Counted from the stretch's first letter, positions 1-9,206 are shown. The stretch: 28,570 bases of DNA from Candidatus Thorarchaeota archaeon (GCA_048882505.1 JBHLRO010000035.1:1-28570), one strand, 5' to 3'. Translations and numbers: made by a program. The notes: a model not told the origin generated them from the letters alone.

Positions 1-442
1 GGTAATTATCGAATATAATATTATCCGAAATCCTTATGTTTTGAGAATAATGGATCATTAAAGGGATCGCGGTTCGTGTAAACAAGCAGTTCGTTATTTC
101 TAGACTTAAATTGGTACGTATGATTTGAATTTGATATTCACTTGAATAGGTGTTATTAGGAAAAGGCCCCGTGAAATTTAATCCAGATATGACAATTGGA
201 CTATCTATTGATCCATTTCCAGGCCAATTTTCAGTCTTCGCGATTGCCAACAACTCATCGTTGGTCACGATCTTAAGTGGACTATGAGGGGTGTAGTTTG
301 TATTTTTATCCATAATTGCTGCTGGAAGTCCCCCATTTAAGTTGTAATCGCGTTCCGTGGACGCTGTTATATAATTAGAAAAGGTCTGACTTACGGATAT
401 AAAGACTAAGACGAGAACCAAGATTTTGACTTTGATCTTCAT
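1..442 (-). CDS. Secreted parallel beta-helix (NosD/right-handed beta-helix-like) protein, 5' part only; runs off the left edge and is absent from the ORF track
   Basis: Manual translation from ATG at 442 (alternative in-frame ATG at 460) is open to the window edge: MKIKVKILVLVLVFISVSQTFSNYITAS...NYTPHSPLKIVTNDELLAIAKTENWPGNGSIDSPIVISGLNFT...IRISDNIIFDNY. It has a signal peptide (basic N-terminus plus hydrophobic core) and the PH.P..I..N...WPGNG....P..I.GL cap typical of archaeal beta-helix surface proteins. Confidence 0.75.
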   Translation of the reverse strand, partial: MKIKVKILVLVLVFISVSQTFSNYITASTERDYNLNGGLPAAIMDKNTNYTPHSPLKIVTNDELLAIAKTENWPGNGSIDSPIVISGLNFTGPFPNNTYSSEYQIQIIRTNLSLEITNCLFTRTAIPLMIHYSQNIRISDNIIFDNY

Positions 443-1299
443 TTCTCTCACACTTTGCATTTCTTCACATTAAGAACACGAAGAATAGGTCATTACGGGT
501 TTTACATGCATTTTTACTTTTAAACTTATGGAAACCGGAACAAGATCAATCGGGATCAGAATTCCAGGCTTCACCGAATGAACCAATCCTGAAGGGAACG
601 AACCAGCTGGCATTAATAAGCTGAGTTTAATCGAAATTTTGGATCATAGTCCCCTCTTAATTGTCACGAAGATATGATCTTATTCGGGACAGGATTTGAG
701 TTGGATTCTTTCGACCAAGTCTTTTTGAGTGTTAAATGAAAAATTAGTAAATGAAAGCATATGTAAGACGAAAAGAGTATATATTATCCTCATTTGAAGT
801 TTGGTCGGAAAGGGATCCTCGGGGGGAAATCAATGGATGGTCAACGGGAGCACCTGCAGACCCCGTTGCACAGCAAAAACATTTCATAGGGGGCCGCGAA
901 AATTTGGTTAAAAACCCTCGAAATGCCCCCTTTCAAGGTTCGAGGGATTTCATGGGTACCCCCAAATGTGAAATCTAACGGGGCAGTCTCCTGCCTCAAC
1001 GAATGAATTTCGAAATTGTAGGGAGGAAATTGTGTTTTTTTCAATCCAAAAGGACGGTCAGCTGGAGTCCGACGATTCCGAATCCGCCAGCGACTCCCAT
1101 TCTCCTCACATGGAACTGGGTTTTTTCGGCAGAATCCCTGGTCAAGGGGTGCCCGTTGGTTTTTAAGACACTATTATTTCCACAACACCCCTAACAAACG
1201 ATAAAAAGGTAATGAAACACAAAGATATTTAATAAGTAACCTTCCGACATCAATAGGTTTAGTAAGGTTAAAAAACTTAAGTTCTAAATTGAGAATGGT

Positions 1300-2289
1300 G
1301 TGACTTCTATTTTGATCTCAAAGGGTTTAGATTCGCTGGCCTCTGTGGTTTTATCCGAAATTAATCGGATTCATAAGGATCCTCGGTTCAATAGGAAGCA
1401 TACAATTATCCTGGACGATTCAAACGCTGATCAGGTGAACGTAAGGACGGAATTCTTTCAATTCCTGTTACTAGACCAAATTCAATCCCCTCACGAAGGC
1501 GCGTTAAAGACAGAGGAGGGGTTCAGAGTGGAGTACGAAGGTCGCGAGGAGTATGGTAAGAGGATCATTCCGATCTTTTCCTTAAAACTACCCCAAGAAG
1601 CGCAACAATATTTCGGAAGCACCCTCCCGCATGCGCTCACCTCGAGTCCCAAGTTAGCTCCACTCGGATTAATCAAAGTTCAGGTTCACGGAATTAAATT
1701 TCTCACGGATGTTCTTAATGAAAAGACAAATGTCCCTCTACTTTTGAGTTTGTACATGTCCCTGTATTCCAATGCTTCGAATCATTATCGGGGGGGGTAT
1801 AAATTCACCTGGTATTGGCCCTCCTTCCCCGAGGATCTCCTGGACAGCGAATTTGAGTGGTTTGATCGACTGGAGGAGCGACAGAATGAGACCCCCCATC
1901 TTAGGCGGTTTGTGGACAGGTTTACTCCCTGTTTCAGTCAACACATCAAACCCCACGTGGGACGGCTCCCCTATAAAGGCCCAATGTACGATTTTTTCGT
2001 CACCACCCCTAAGAAAGAGCGAGTGCTGGCCATTGTGAATCACTGGGCCAACCCCACCTGGTTGCAAGCTAAGGAAGTCCATGATCTCTATCACCATTAC
2101 ATTGACACGGGGATCACGATTGCCGAAGTACAAACGATACTACCCCAATTGGTGGCCGCAGGATACCTGGATCAAAATCCCAAGTATGCGCCACCGGCAT
2201 ATCGGATCATTCCGAGACAGGCGGCAGTGTTACCAACCATACCCCCCGACCCCCAACTGAGGACGAAGACGTATACCTTTCGCCTTTAA
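1300..2289 (+). CDS. Hypothetical protein (329 aa), possible C-terminal winged-helix
   Basis: Long ORF with a GTG start and no recognised family motif. The C-terminal LQAKEVHDLY...ITIAEVQTILPQLVAAGYLDQ resembles the end of a wHTH (L..L...GYL). Confidence 0.7.
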   Translation: MTSILISKGLDSLASVVLSEINRIHKDPRFNRKHTIILDDSNADQVNVRTEFFQFLLLDQIQSPHEGALKTEEGFRVEYEGREEYGKRIIPIFSLKLPQEAQQYFGSTLPHALTSSPKLAPLGLIKVQVHGIKFLTDVLNEKTNVPLLLSLYMSLYSNASNHYRGGYKFTWYWPSFPEDLLDSEFEWFDRLEERQNETPHLRRFVDRFTPCFSQHIKPHVGRLPYKGPMYDFFVTTPKKERVLAIVNHWANPTWLQAKEVHDLYHHYIDTGITIAEVQTILPQLVAAGYLDQNPKYAPPAYRIIPRQAAVLPTIPPDPQLRTKTYTFRL

Positions 2290-2392
2290 AAAAGGACATA
2301 GAGCTTTGATATGGTGAAAATGTATGAAAAAGACTTGGAAGGAAATTACCCTCTATCCACTCGGATCGATAACGTTTGCGTTCTTTCCAAAA

Positions 2393-2410
2393 AGAAAGAG
2401 GATCTTTAAA
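2393..2410 (+). promoter_or_regulatory. Possible BRE/TATA promoter for moaB-moaE
   Basis: A purine run AGAAAGAGG is followed by TTTAAA (2405-2410), about 25 nt upstream of the second in-frame ATG (2433). This spacing fits a leaderless archaeal transcript. Confidence 0.3.
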
Positions 2411-2423
2411 GCCGTACGGTTGA

Positions 2424-2951
2424 ATGAAAAATATGTCAACTAAAGAAAAGCATATCTCAGATCCTGAACTGGCGCTTTCTGCCCAGATTGTTGTTGTGAG
2501 CGATTCTTTATCTGCTGCGGGCAGCAAGCGTTGGCGGAAACTAGATACATCTGCAAAACAAGCGGAGCAAATCTTGGAGAACCACCGTATTGCCCTTTCT
2601 ACCCCAATCGTAGTTCCTGATGATTTCGAACACATTCAACGTTCTGTTTCTAAAGCATTAGAATTGGAGACGAGTCTAATTATAACAATTGGAGGTACAG
2701 GAATAGCCAGGAGAGACGTGACAACCGAGGCGATTCTACCTCTCTTAGAAAAGGAATTAGTCGGATTTGGGGAACTATTTCGTCAAAAAACTTATCAAGA
2801 AGTAGGTCCTGTTTCAATTATGACTCGTACCCTCGCGGGAGTTGCACAAAAGTCCTGTGTTGTCTGTCTGCCTGGATCACCAGATGCCGTAATCCTCGGA
2901 TTAAAGATTATTTTGGAAGAACTTCTACATATCGTAAACCTAAGGAGATGA
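2424..2951 (+). CDS. moaB: Molybdenum cofactor biosynthesis protein B (MoaB/Mog family molybdopterin adenylyltransferase)
   Basis: Motifs VVVSDS, IITIGGTGIARRDVTTEA, GFGELFR and CLPGSPDAV. The true start may be ATG 2433. Confidence 0.92.
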   Translation: MKNMSTKEKHISDPELALSAQIVVVSDSLSAAGSKRWRKLDTSAKQAEQILENHRIALSTPIVVPDDFEHIQRSVSKALELETSLIITIGGTGIARRDVTTEAILPLLEKELVGFGELFRQKTYQEVGPVSIMTRTLAGVAQKSCVVCLPGSPDAVILGLKIILEELLHIVNLRR

Positions 2952-2958
2952 AGAATTT

Positions 2959-3444
2959 TTGTTAAATGGAACCAGTTTCGACATGCTCGGCCAGGTCCTA
3001 GAAAAAGATTCAATCACTTTAACTCAAATGCTCCATAAGGTTAAGAAAAACCCAAATTTTGGAAAAGCAGGGGATATCATAACGTTCACTGGAGTTGTTC
3101 GAGAGACGACTGGAGACCCCAAGGACATTCCAACTAAGAAAGTTGAGAAAATCGAAATTCAGGTTCATAAAGAAATGGCAGATCAACAGTTATCTCTAAT
3201 TTGTCAAGAACTCATCGAGGCACATGATTTGATCGAGGCACGGATAGTACATTTTTACGGGATATTTTCTTTAGGTGATATTCTTGTCCACTGTATAGTG
3301 GCATCGAAGCATAGAACAGAAGGATTTACTGCTTTAAAGGAAATGATAGAAGCTTATAAACATCGTGCATATATCTGGAAGGCAGAAATCTATACTGACG
3401 GTTCCGAGAAATGGATTTCAACGATTCCCTTTAAAGAAACTTAG
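2959..3444 (+). CDS. moaE: Molybdopterin synthase catalytic subunit
   Basis: Motifs GDIITFTGVVR, HFYGIFSLGD, VASKHRTEGF and YKHRAYIWKAE; 7 bp downstream of moaB. Confidence 0.88.
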   Translation: MLNGTSFDMLGQVLEKDSITLTQMLHKVKKNPNFGKAGDIITFTGVVRETTGDPKDIPTKKVEKIEIQVHKEMADQQLSLICQELIEAHDLIEARIVHFYGIFSLGDILVHCIVASKHRTEGFTALKEMIEAYKHRAYIWKAEIYTDGSEKWISTIPFKET

Positions 3445-3581
3445 GAATATTCATCTCATTACGGTTCTCGTAGAGGAAACTCGATTGTCGAAACAAACTT
3501 TATGTTTAACAAGACTAAAGAAGAACAGACTTTTGCCTCTGTTTTAAACAATATTCAACAAACTGCGATAGATTACGGTTG

Positions 3582-3806
3582 ATGGCATTGACAGCGATCA
3601 AGAAATGGGAAGATGATGATCTTTGGGTAACAATAGATCTTGATCTGTGTAATGCTCAGGGCGAATGTGTAGATATTTGTCCTGAGGAAGTTTACGCGAT
3701 TGTTAAGGGAAAAGTCGTTGCGGACAATATTGCCGCGTGTACCGAATGTGCTGCATGTGACGGAGTATGTCCAACCGATGCCATTTTAGAGCATTGTTCA
3801 TGGTAA
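3582..3806 (+). CDS. Dicluster ferredoxin (probably 3Fe-4S/4Fe-4S)
   Basis: CNAQGECVDICP and CTECAACDGVCP motifs; ATG at 3582 (the ORF track uses TTG 3579). Confidence 0.92.
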   Translation: MALTAIKKWEDDDLWVTIDLDLCNAQGECVDICPEEVYAIVKGKVVADNIAACTECAACDGVCPTDAILEHCSW

Positions 3807-3849
3807 TTTGCAAAAGAAGTTTTACTGAATCCTCTTCTTTGTTCGTTCT

Positions 3850-4200
3850 TTACGCCCCGAATCTTTTAACGAGGGAAAAGTCGGGGATATACACATAGGC
3901 CATCAATTTCTCCGTTAGAGTTTCTACTTCAACGAGGGTTCTGTGATACAGAGAACCTTCTCCTTCAACACGATCGAGCTCCACCCAATGAGAGGATGTA
4001 ACGTTGAAATATACCTCTCCTAGAACTGAAGATCTAGCATTCTCTACAATAAATGGAAAACCCAGATCAGGTGATTGAATCTTTCTATAACCATGTAGAG
4101 TGGCATTTTCGTACATTAGACCAGCCAATAGATGATGACGACTTTGGCCTGATTGTAGGGTGCCATATACGAATAATCGATCGCATTCCATAAGACTCAC
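3850..4200 (-). CDS. Gamma-glutamylcyclotransferase (GGCT/AIG2-like) family protein
   Basis: LFVYGTLQSG N-terminal motif, V.GEVY, LDRVEG..LYHR and AYVY. Confidence 0.9.
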   Translation of the reverse strand: MSLMECDRLFVYGTLQSGQSRHHLLAGLMYENATLHGYRKIQSPDLGFPFIVENARSSVLGEVYFNVTSSHWVELDRVEGEGSLYHRTLVEVETLTEKLMAYVYIPDFSLVKRFGA

Positions 4201-4206
4201 TGTCTT

Positions 4207-5754
4207 TCATTGAACTTGGCGTCCATATGTCCCATTTAAGGCCGCTAATTCCTTTCCTTTTTCCGCAGTTAGTTGATTCCAAGAAAATCTCCATTGCCAA
4301 TTCCCTTCAGAAGTACCTGGAGTATTCATCCGGCCATCCTGCCCAAGTCGGAGTAGGTCTTGAAGCGGGATAACACATAGCTGGGCTACCGAACTCCATG
4401 CCAATCTGATCAAATCTCCTACGATATCTTTACCTGGGGAGTTTGTATACTCTAAAACTTGCTGCCTTACGTGTCGGGGGCTATTTTTGAACCAAGAAAA
4501 TGTTGGAGGATTATCATGTGTCCCCGTATAAACGATGGTTTTGGCAGTAAAATTGTGCGGTAAATACTTGTTTGTTAAATTCTGCTTTTCGTGAGGAGAC
4601 CCAAAAGCAAATTGAAGTACCCGCATGCCATAGAACCCGGTTTGATTTAGTAGTTCCTCGACTTCAGGGGTGATATAGCCGAGATCTTCTGCAATAATTG
4701 GGAGTAAACCTAATGTTTTCCTTAAAGCCGAGAAAAGACGAATTCCTGGTCCTGCGACCCACTTTCCGTTGAGGGCTGTTTCTTCTTCAGCTGGTATTTG
4801 CCAATAGGATTCAAATCCCCTAAAATGGTCGATTCGTAGTATATCCACTAGCCGCAAGGAATGCTTAATACGTCTAATCCACCATCCATACCCATCCTCT
4901 TTCATTTGTTCCCATCGATAGGTAGGATTTCCCCAGCGTTGGCCCGTTGGAGAAAAATAGTCCGGAGGAACTCCGGCCACGAAGGTTGGATTCCCCTCAT
5001 CATTTAGGTGAAATAAACGTCTATTGACCCAAACATCCGCAGAGTCATGGTCAACGAAGATCGGGATATCCCCTATGATTTTGACGCCTTTTTGGTTGGC
5101 ATATTCCTTGGCTTCAGTCCATTGCATCCAGAAGAGAAACTGAACAAATTTGTATAACGAAATTTCTGAGTTATGGTTCTCCCGCCAGTTACTAAGTGAC
5201 TCTGATTTTCTATTTCGTAACGAGGGTTTCCATTCTGTCCAAGATGCCATATTATGCGCTTTTTTTATCGACATGAACAAACAGTAGTCTTCTAACCAAA
5301 ATGAATGTTCCTGTACAAACCGTTCGAAAAGGGATTCCAATTTATTAAAGGTTCCAGATTTGAAATTTTGGTTTGCGGTCTTTAATAACTTCCATTTGAA
5401 TGGGATGACCTTATTAAAGTCGACAAACAAATCAGGAAAATGAACAGGTCTTAAATCATCCAGTAAACCCTGAATGACTAATTTTTCGGGATTTATTAAC
5501 AGAGGATTTCCGGCAAAGGCAGAAACGCATGAATAGGGAGAATTTCCATATCCTGTCTGTCCTAGGGGAAGAATTTGCCATAACGACTGGTGAGCTTCAT
5601 CTACTAGGAAGTCTATGAACTTGTAGAGATTGGAACCCAGATCGCCAATTCCCCATTTTCCCGGAAGACTTGTAGGATGTAAAAGGATGCCACTCAATCT
5701 TCGGCATTTAGAATAACGATTTACCCAAGAAGCTCCCTGGGATGATATATGCAT
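4207..5754 (-). CDS. malQ: 4-alpha-glucanotransferase (amylomaltase, GH77)
   Basis: SGILLHPTSLPG, WQILPLG, SPYS..SAFAGNP, GDIPIFV..DSADVW, GVPPDYFS.TGQRWGNP, RIDHFRGF, IAEDLG, YTGTHDN and MNTPG...GNWQWR. Confidence 0.96.
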   Translation of the reverse strand: MHISSQGASWVNRYSKCRRLSGILLHPTSLPGKWGIGDLGSNLYKFIDFLVDEAHQSLWQILPLGQTGYGNSPYSCVSAFAGNPLLINPEKLVIQGLLDDLRPVHFPDLFVDFNKVIPFKWKLLKTANQNFKSGTFNKLESLFERFVQEHSFWLEDYCLFMSIKKAHNMASWTEWKPSLRNRKSESLSNWRENHNSEISLYKFVQFLFWMQWTEAKEYANQKGVKIIGDIPIFVDHDSADVWVNRRLFHLNDEGNPTFVAGVPPDYFSPTGQRWGNPTYRWEQMKEDGYGWWIRRIKHSLRLVDILRIDHFRGFESYWQIPAEEETALNGKWVAGPGIRLFSALRKTLGLLPIIAEDLGYITPEVEELLNQTGFYGMRVLQFAFGSPHEKQNLTNKYLPHNFTAKTIVYTGTHDNPPTFSWFKNSPRHVRQQVLEYTNSPGKDIVGDLIRLAWSSVAQLCVIPLQDLLRLGQDGRMNTPGTSEGNWQWRFSWNQLTAEKGKELAALNGTYGRQVQ

Positions 5755-5806
5755 TATCGATACCTTTCTTGAACCCCAGATAGCGCTTTCACTTTATGGA
5801 GTATAC

Positions 5807-7249
5807 CTAAAAACCAAATCCTCCAAACAATCGCCGTGACATATATTCAGACTCATCTAATGCTACCAGGATCCTATCATTTGATTCTAATGGAATTTCA
5901 AGTCCGCGGACGACCAGGACATTTGTAATCATAATACTTTTGAAACCAGAAACCAGGAGGTCGTTTTCGGTGTATGTTAATGCATAATCTGCCGCCAGGC
6001 GGCCTTGGATCTGGGTTCCTTGGCTGATCCCATATCTTCTTCCCCGTCTATCCGTAATGGTACGACTATGTCGAAGTTGAGCTACAACAAAAACCTTACC
6101 TTGCTGACGAAGTTGTTCAAATGATTGAGTTTTGTATTCAACCTTTAAATCCCCCTGCTTTCTATCGACGTGGGCAAGGTTTCGATTAAGCTGTATCTGA
6201 AGTATATTCGAGTACGGGTCGAGGGAATCCACCCATTGTTTCACACTGGCTTGGACGGTTTCTCTTTTTCCATCACCCCGTGCAAATTCCGCATTTGTAC
6301 CATAAACTATGGCCTGTTCGATATTTTGACGATGATATGGATCTGGATTAATCCTTCCTTGTGCATGAAGATGAACAGCATGCAAAGCAGAGACACAACA
6401 TAGGTTTGCTATATCAACCAATCTGTCGGTGTCGTGTTGAACGTCAAAAATCCGGATCTCGACTCGATTCGTCATTAATGAAGCATCCTTGTCGTCTCCA
6501 ATGTTGGTGAATGGCCCCCGAGGTGTGATATCCACCAGTCGATCGCCCCGTGGATTTGTTACAACTTGTTTCACGTTATCTGGTGAGCCAAGCCGCAAAG
6601 TATATCGCCGCCGCCCATAATATTGAATTGGAACAAGAGCTGCCACTTTTTTTGGCGTTTGGATCGTGGCAGATCCGTTAGGCTTTAAAACCGAGCTATT
6701 CGCAACACGTTGAGAAGCAATTCCACTAACACCGCCCTGGAATACAGGAGAATTCGCAGACAGAGCGATAAGTTCTGGCAAATAGTTCCAGAAATAATTG
6801 TGTACCGCAAAGAGTTCTTCAACATTCATAATATGATGTTGGACGGAAACGTTGATATGCGTTCCAACGATCGGATTTGGATCACTTTGGATGGGATGAA
6901 GGCTTTGGGCCAGCAGTTTAAAGCCAAGCTGTGCCGCGGCATCAGATAATAACCGTCGGCCTTCTGTAACCGCTTCATGGAGACGGTGAGGAGGTAATGG
7001 AAGTGTAACGTATTCAATCTGGGTCAACGCGGGTTCAGCGTCCAATCCTCGAATCCCAGTCATCAATATCTCAAGTCGTTTCGGATCCTCCTCCAAGATC
7101 TCTGCAGCACGTACCATACAATCATCAGCAGCCTCTACTAACGTACCATCCTTGTGGATGAGTAAAAATTCTTCCTCTACTCCGCATAAAACGGAATAAT
7201 CCCGTAATGATTCAAATGAAATTTCACGTGTTTCATCAGAGGATAACAT
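5807..7249 (-). CDS. Glutamate-cysteine ligase family 2 (GCS2/YbdK-like carboxylate-amine ligase) with C-terminal extension
   Basis: CGVEEEFLLI, QIEYVT, GTHINVSV, LPELIALSANSPVFQG..SGIASQR and RVEIRIFDVQ motifs. Confidence 0.85.
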   Translation of the reverse strand: MLSSDETREISFESLRDYSVLCGVEEEFLLIHKDGTLVEAADDCMVRAAEILEEDPKRLEILMTGIRGLDAEPALTQIEYVTLPLPPHRLHEAVTEGRRLLSDAAAQLGFKLLAQSLHPIQSDPNPIVGTHINVSVQHHIMNVEELFAVHNYFWNYLPELIALSANSPVFQGGVSGIASQRVANSSVLKPNGSATIQTPKKVAALVPIQYYGRRRYTLRLGSPDNVKQVVTNPRGDRLVDITPRGPFTNIGDDKDASLMTNRVEIRIFDVQHDTDRLVDIANLCCVSALHAVHLHAQGRINPDPYHRQNIEQAIVYGTNAEFARGDGKRETVQASVKQWVDSLDPYSNILQIQLNRNLAHVDRKQGDLKVEYKTQSFEQLRQQGKVFVVAQLRHSRTITDRRGRRYGISQGTQIQGRLAADYALTYTENDLLVSGFKSIMITNVLVVRGLEIPLESNDRILVALDESEYMSRRLFGGFGF

Positions 7250-7263
7250 GGAACTACACCTTA

Positions 7264-7289
7264 TTAATTTCAGTATAGCTTAATTTCAG
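7264..7289. repeat. 10-bp direct repeat TTAATTTCAG x2 (6-nt spacer) just upstream of the GCS2 gene
   Basis: Exact copies at 7264-7273 and 7280-7289, 15-40 nt from the start codon at 7249. Confidence 0.5.
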
Positions 7290-7702
7290 AGCACAAATAA
7301 TTATTTATATCTAAGCATCTGATATTAGGGAACTGATAACTTATAATAGATCCAATTATATGACCTGCCAACGCCTTGATATATTTTTTTCAATAAAATA
7401 ACCGTAGATTTTTTGTCAATTTTGACTCTTCCTCATTTTCCTTCCCTCCCAATGAGTATGGGAGAATTTAATTCTTCCAATATCGTGAACGAATCTCTTG
7501 CTCTTCCAAAATTGATCTTTCGCTTCTAATCAGATCTATAATAATCTGCAGTATTATTTGATTTTCTTAATGATATAGCCAAATAATCTAATATCCTAAG
7601 TGGAAAAAAAGATTAAAGGAGATTTTTTTCATGGTCTCCTTAATGCCTCGAATGCTAAATCACTACTTTCAAATAAAATAGTAAATCCGGAAGCGAACTT
7701 GG

Positions 7703-8395
7703 TTATGCATCAAATAGCGAATAGATTAAGAGTTCAAAGCTTTCTATAGCTTCCACCATCGCGGAAACATCAGATATTGGCAGATAAATAGGATCCTCCA
7801 GATCATAATCCAGATTGAGGAGGGGGATTCCATGATGATTATAGTTCGAGAGGATCCACGTTCCATCCAGCACGCCAAGGATCTGATGTTGCTTTGAAAA
7901 TACCAATGAAAGAGAGGATCCATTGTCATACGCAAGGTCCATCAGGTAAGTTGGCGGCCAAATATCCATCAAATCCGTAATCTGATCGGAGGATTCGTTT
8001 ATTTGGGCAATGACACCACGAAATTTGGTAAATGCTTGATTAAGATCAGTTTGCTCTACAAGGGCGAAATCGGCCACTGGCTCATGAATTAAGGCCATTT
8101 CTTGGGAGCCATTCGCCAAACGACCAACTCTCACTCCGTCAATGTATTTACCAAAGTGTGTACTTAGGTTAAGATTAGTAAAAGTATTGTTATAGCACCA
8201 TACATAGGCTATCTCGTCTTCTGATGCACTCATTCTAGATGCAATTCGAAATCCAATTTTGTTATCATCGGGAGGCTGCTGATTTTCATCGACGGGGTTC
8301 AAGAGTAATGGGAGTGAATTAAGAGCTATCGCTAGCACAATTACACCACAAAAAGCTATAACTAAACCGTAAATTCCAATTTTCTTTACATTCAT
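7703..8395 (-). CDS. Hypothetical membrane-anchored/secreted protein (230 aa)
   Basis: N-terminal KK plus a hydrophobic helix (IGIYGLVIAFCGVIVLAIAL), several N-x-S/T sequons, no family recognised. Confidence 0.7.
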   Translation of the reverse strand: MNVKKIGIYGLVIAFCGVIVLAIALNSLPLLLNPVDENQQPPDDNKIGFRIASRMSASEDEIAYVWCYNNTFTNLNLSTHFGKYIDGVRVGRLANGSQEMALIHEPVADFALVEQTDLNQAFTKFRGVIAQINESSDQITDLMDIWPPTYLMDLAYDNGSSLSLVFSKQHQILGVLDGTWILSNYNHHGIPLLNLDYDLEDPIYLPISDVSAMVEAIESFELLIYSLFDA

Positions 8396-9206
8396 TTTTC
8401 TCTAATTCCTTTTCCAACGATTCTGAGATCGTTAAGAGTTTCTGGGATAGCCCAGACCCTTTTAAAAGTCCGAAGGAATCCAGCTTTGGTATATCCACAG
8501 TCATTTAAAGAACCAAATATTAGAACGCGGTTTCTAACCTTTAGAACAGAATCAAAGAGGATTTGTAAAGCACCTGACTTGCCACATTCTAGTTTATAGA
8601 ACTTGATGAAGTCCAATTGCGAGCAGGATTGAGCGCATTTTGCCAAACGGTGCGATTTCCTGCCTCGATGGAACCATTAACCTGAAAATTACCTTCAGCT
8701 GTAGGTTTTACGCACGATAATCTGGCAAAGATTACTTGATCATGACTCTGAGAGGTAAGATAGAGATCCGGGGACACGCTTTTTCAGGGCGGTTTTTGCT
8801 GAATCAGTTATCTGGGAATCGGCCCAACGTATCATCGCCATGGTTTCAGAACGCAGCTTCTGGTATTTTAAGGAGTAACACCCATTTCAGTTCTTGTAGA
8901 TTTTGGCAGCCTCTTTGGACCTAGCTTTTGACTTGATAATAAGTGTTTTGGGTAGGTTAGTGGCCAGAGTTCTGTAGTTGTCAATTCATGTTTTGGCGAC
9001 CAATTAGGCATCAAAAAAGCAAGACACGCACCATCTGGCGAGAGATCTTTGGATTTTTTTTCAAAGCTCGTGATATCTTAGGGGAGGATTGGTTCCACGG
9101 TTCAATATAACAAGGAAGAAAACCAGGAGAGGAAAAAAAAGGGGCATATTATCTAATCCTTTCTGGAGAAATTTCTTGTTAATGATTTTAAACGAGTAAT
9201 AGTATA

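Noticed and set aside
443-1299. RNase P RNA or SRP RNA in the long spacer; short ORFs 751-978, 841-1044 and 1003-1194
   Set aside because: No GAGGAAAGUCC/P4 or SRP helix-8 signature was found on either strand. The short ORFs overlap one another and have no protein-like motifs.
1491-2635. ORFs 1491-1676, 1738-2133, 1772-2038 and 2207-2635
   Set aside because: Antisense or alternate-frame shadows of the 329-aa ORF and moaB.
7321-7702. Short protein-like fragments and hairpins (CTCCCA/TGGGAG; AAGGAGA/TCTCCTT) in the spacer
   Set aside because: There is no start-to-stop ORF of credible length, and 6-7-bp stems are within chance expectation, so there is too little support for a terminator or pseudogene call.
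8392-9000. Selenocysteine/pyrrolysine readthrough joining the broken minus-strand frame; the 84-aa ORF 8392-8646 as a real gene
   Set aside because: The frame also contains TAA stops, no SECIS-like or selenoprotein motif was seen, and the 84-aa ORF has a TTG start with no recognisable family.
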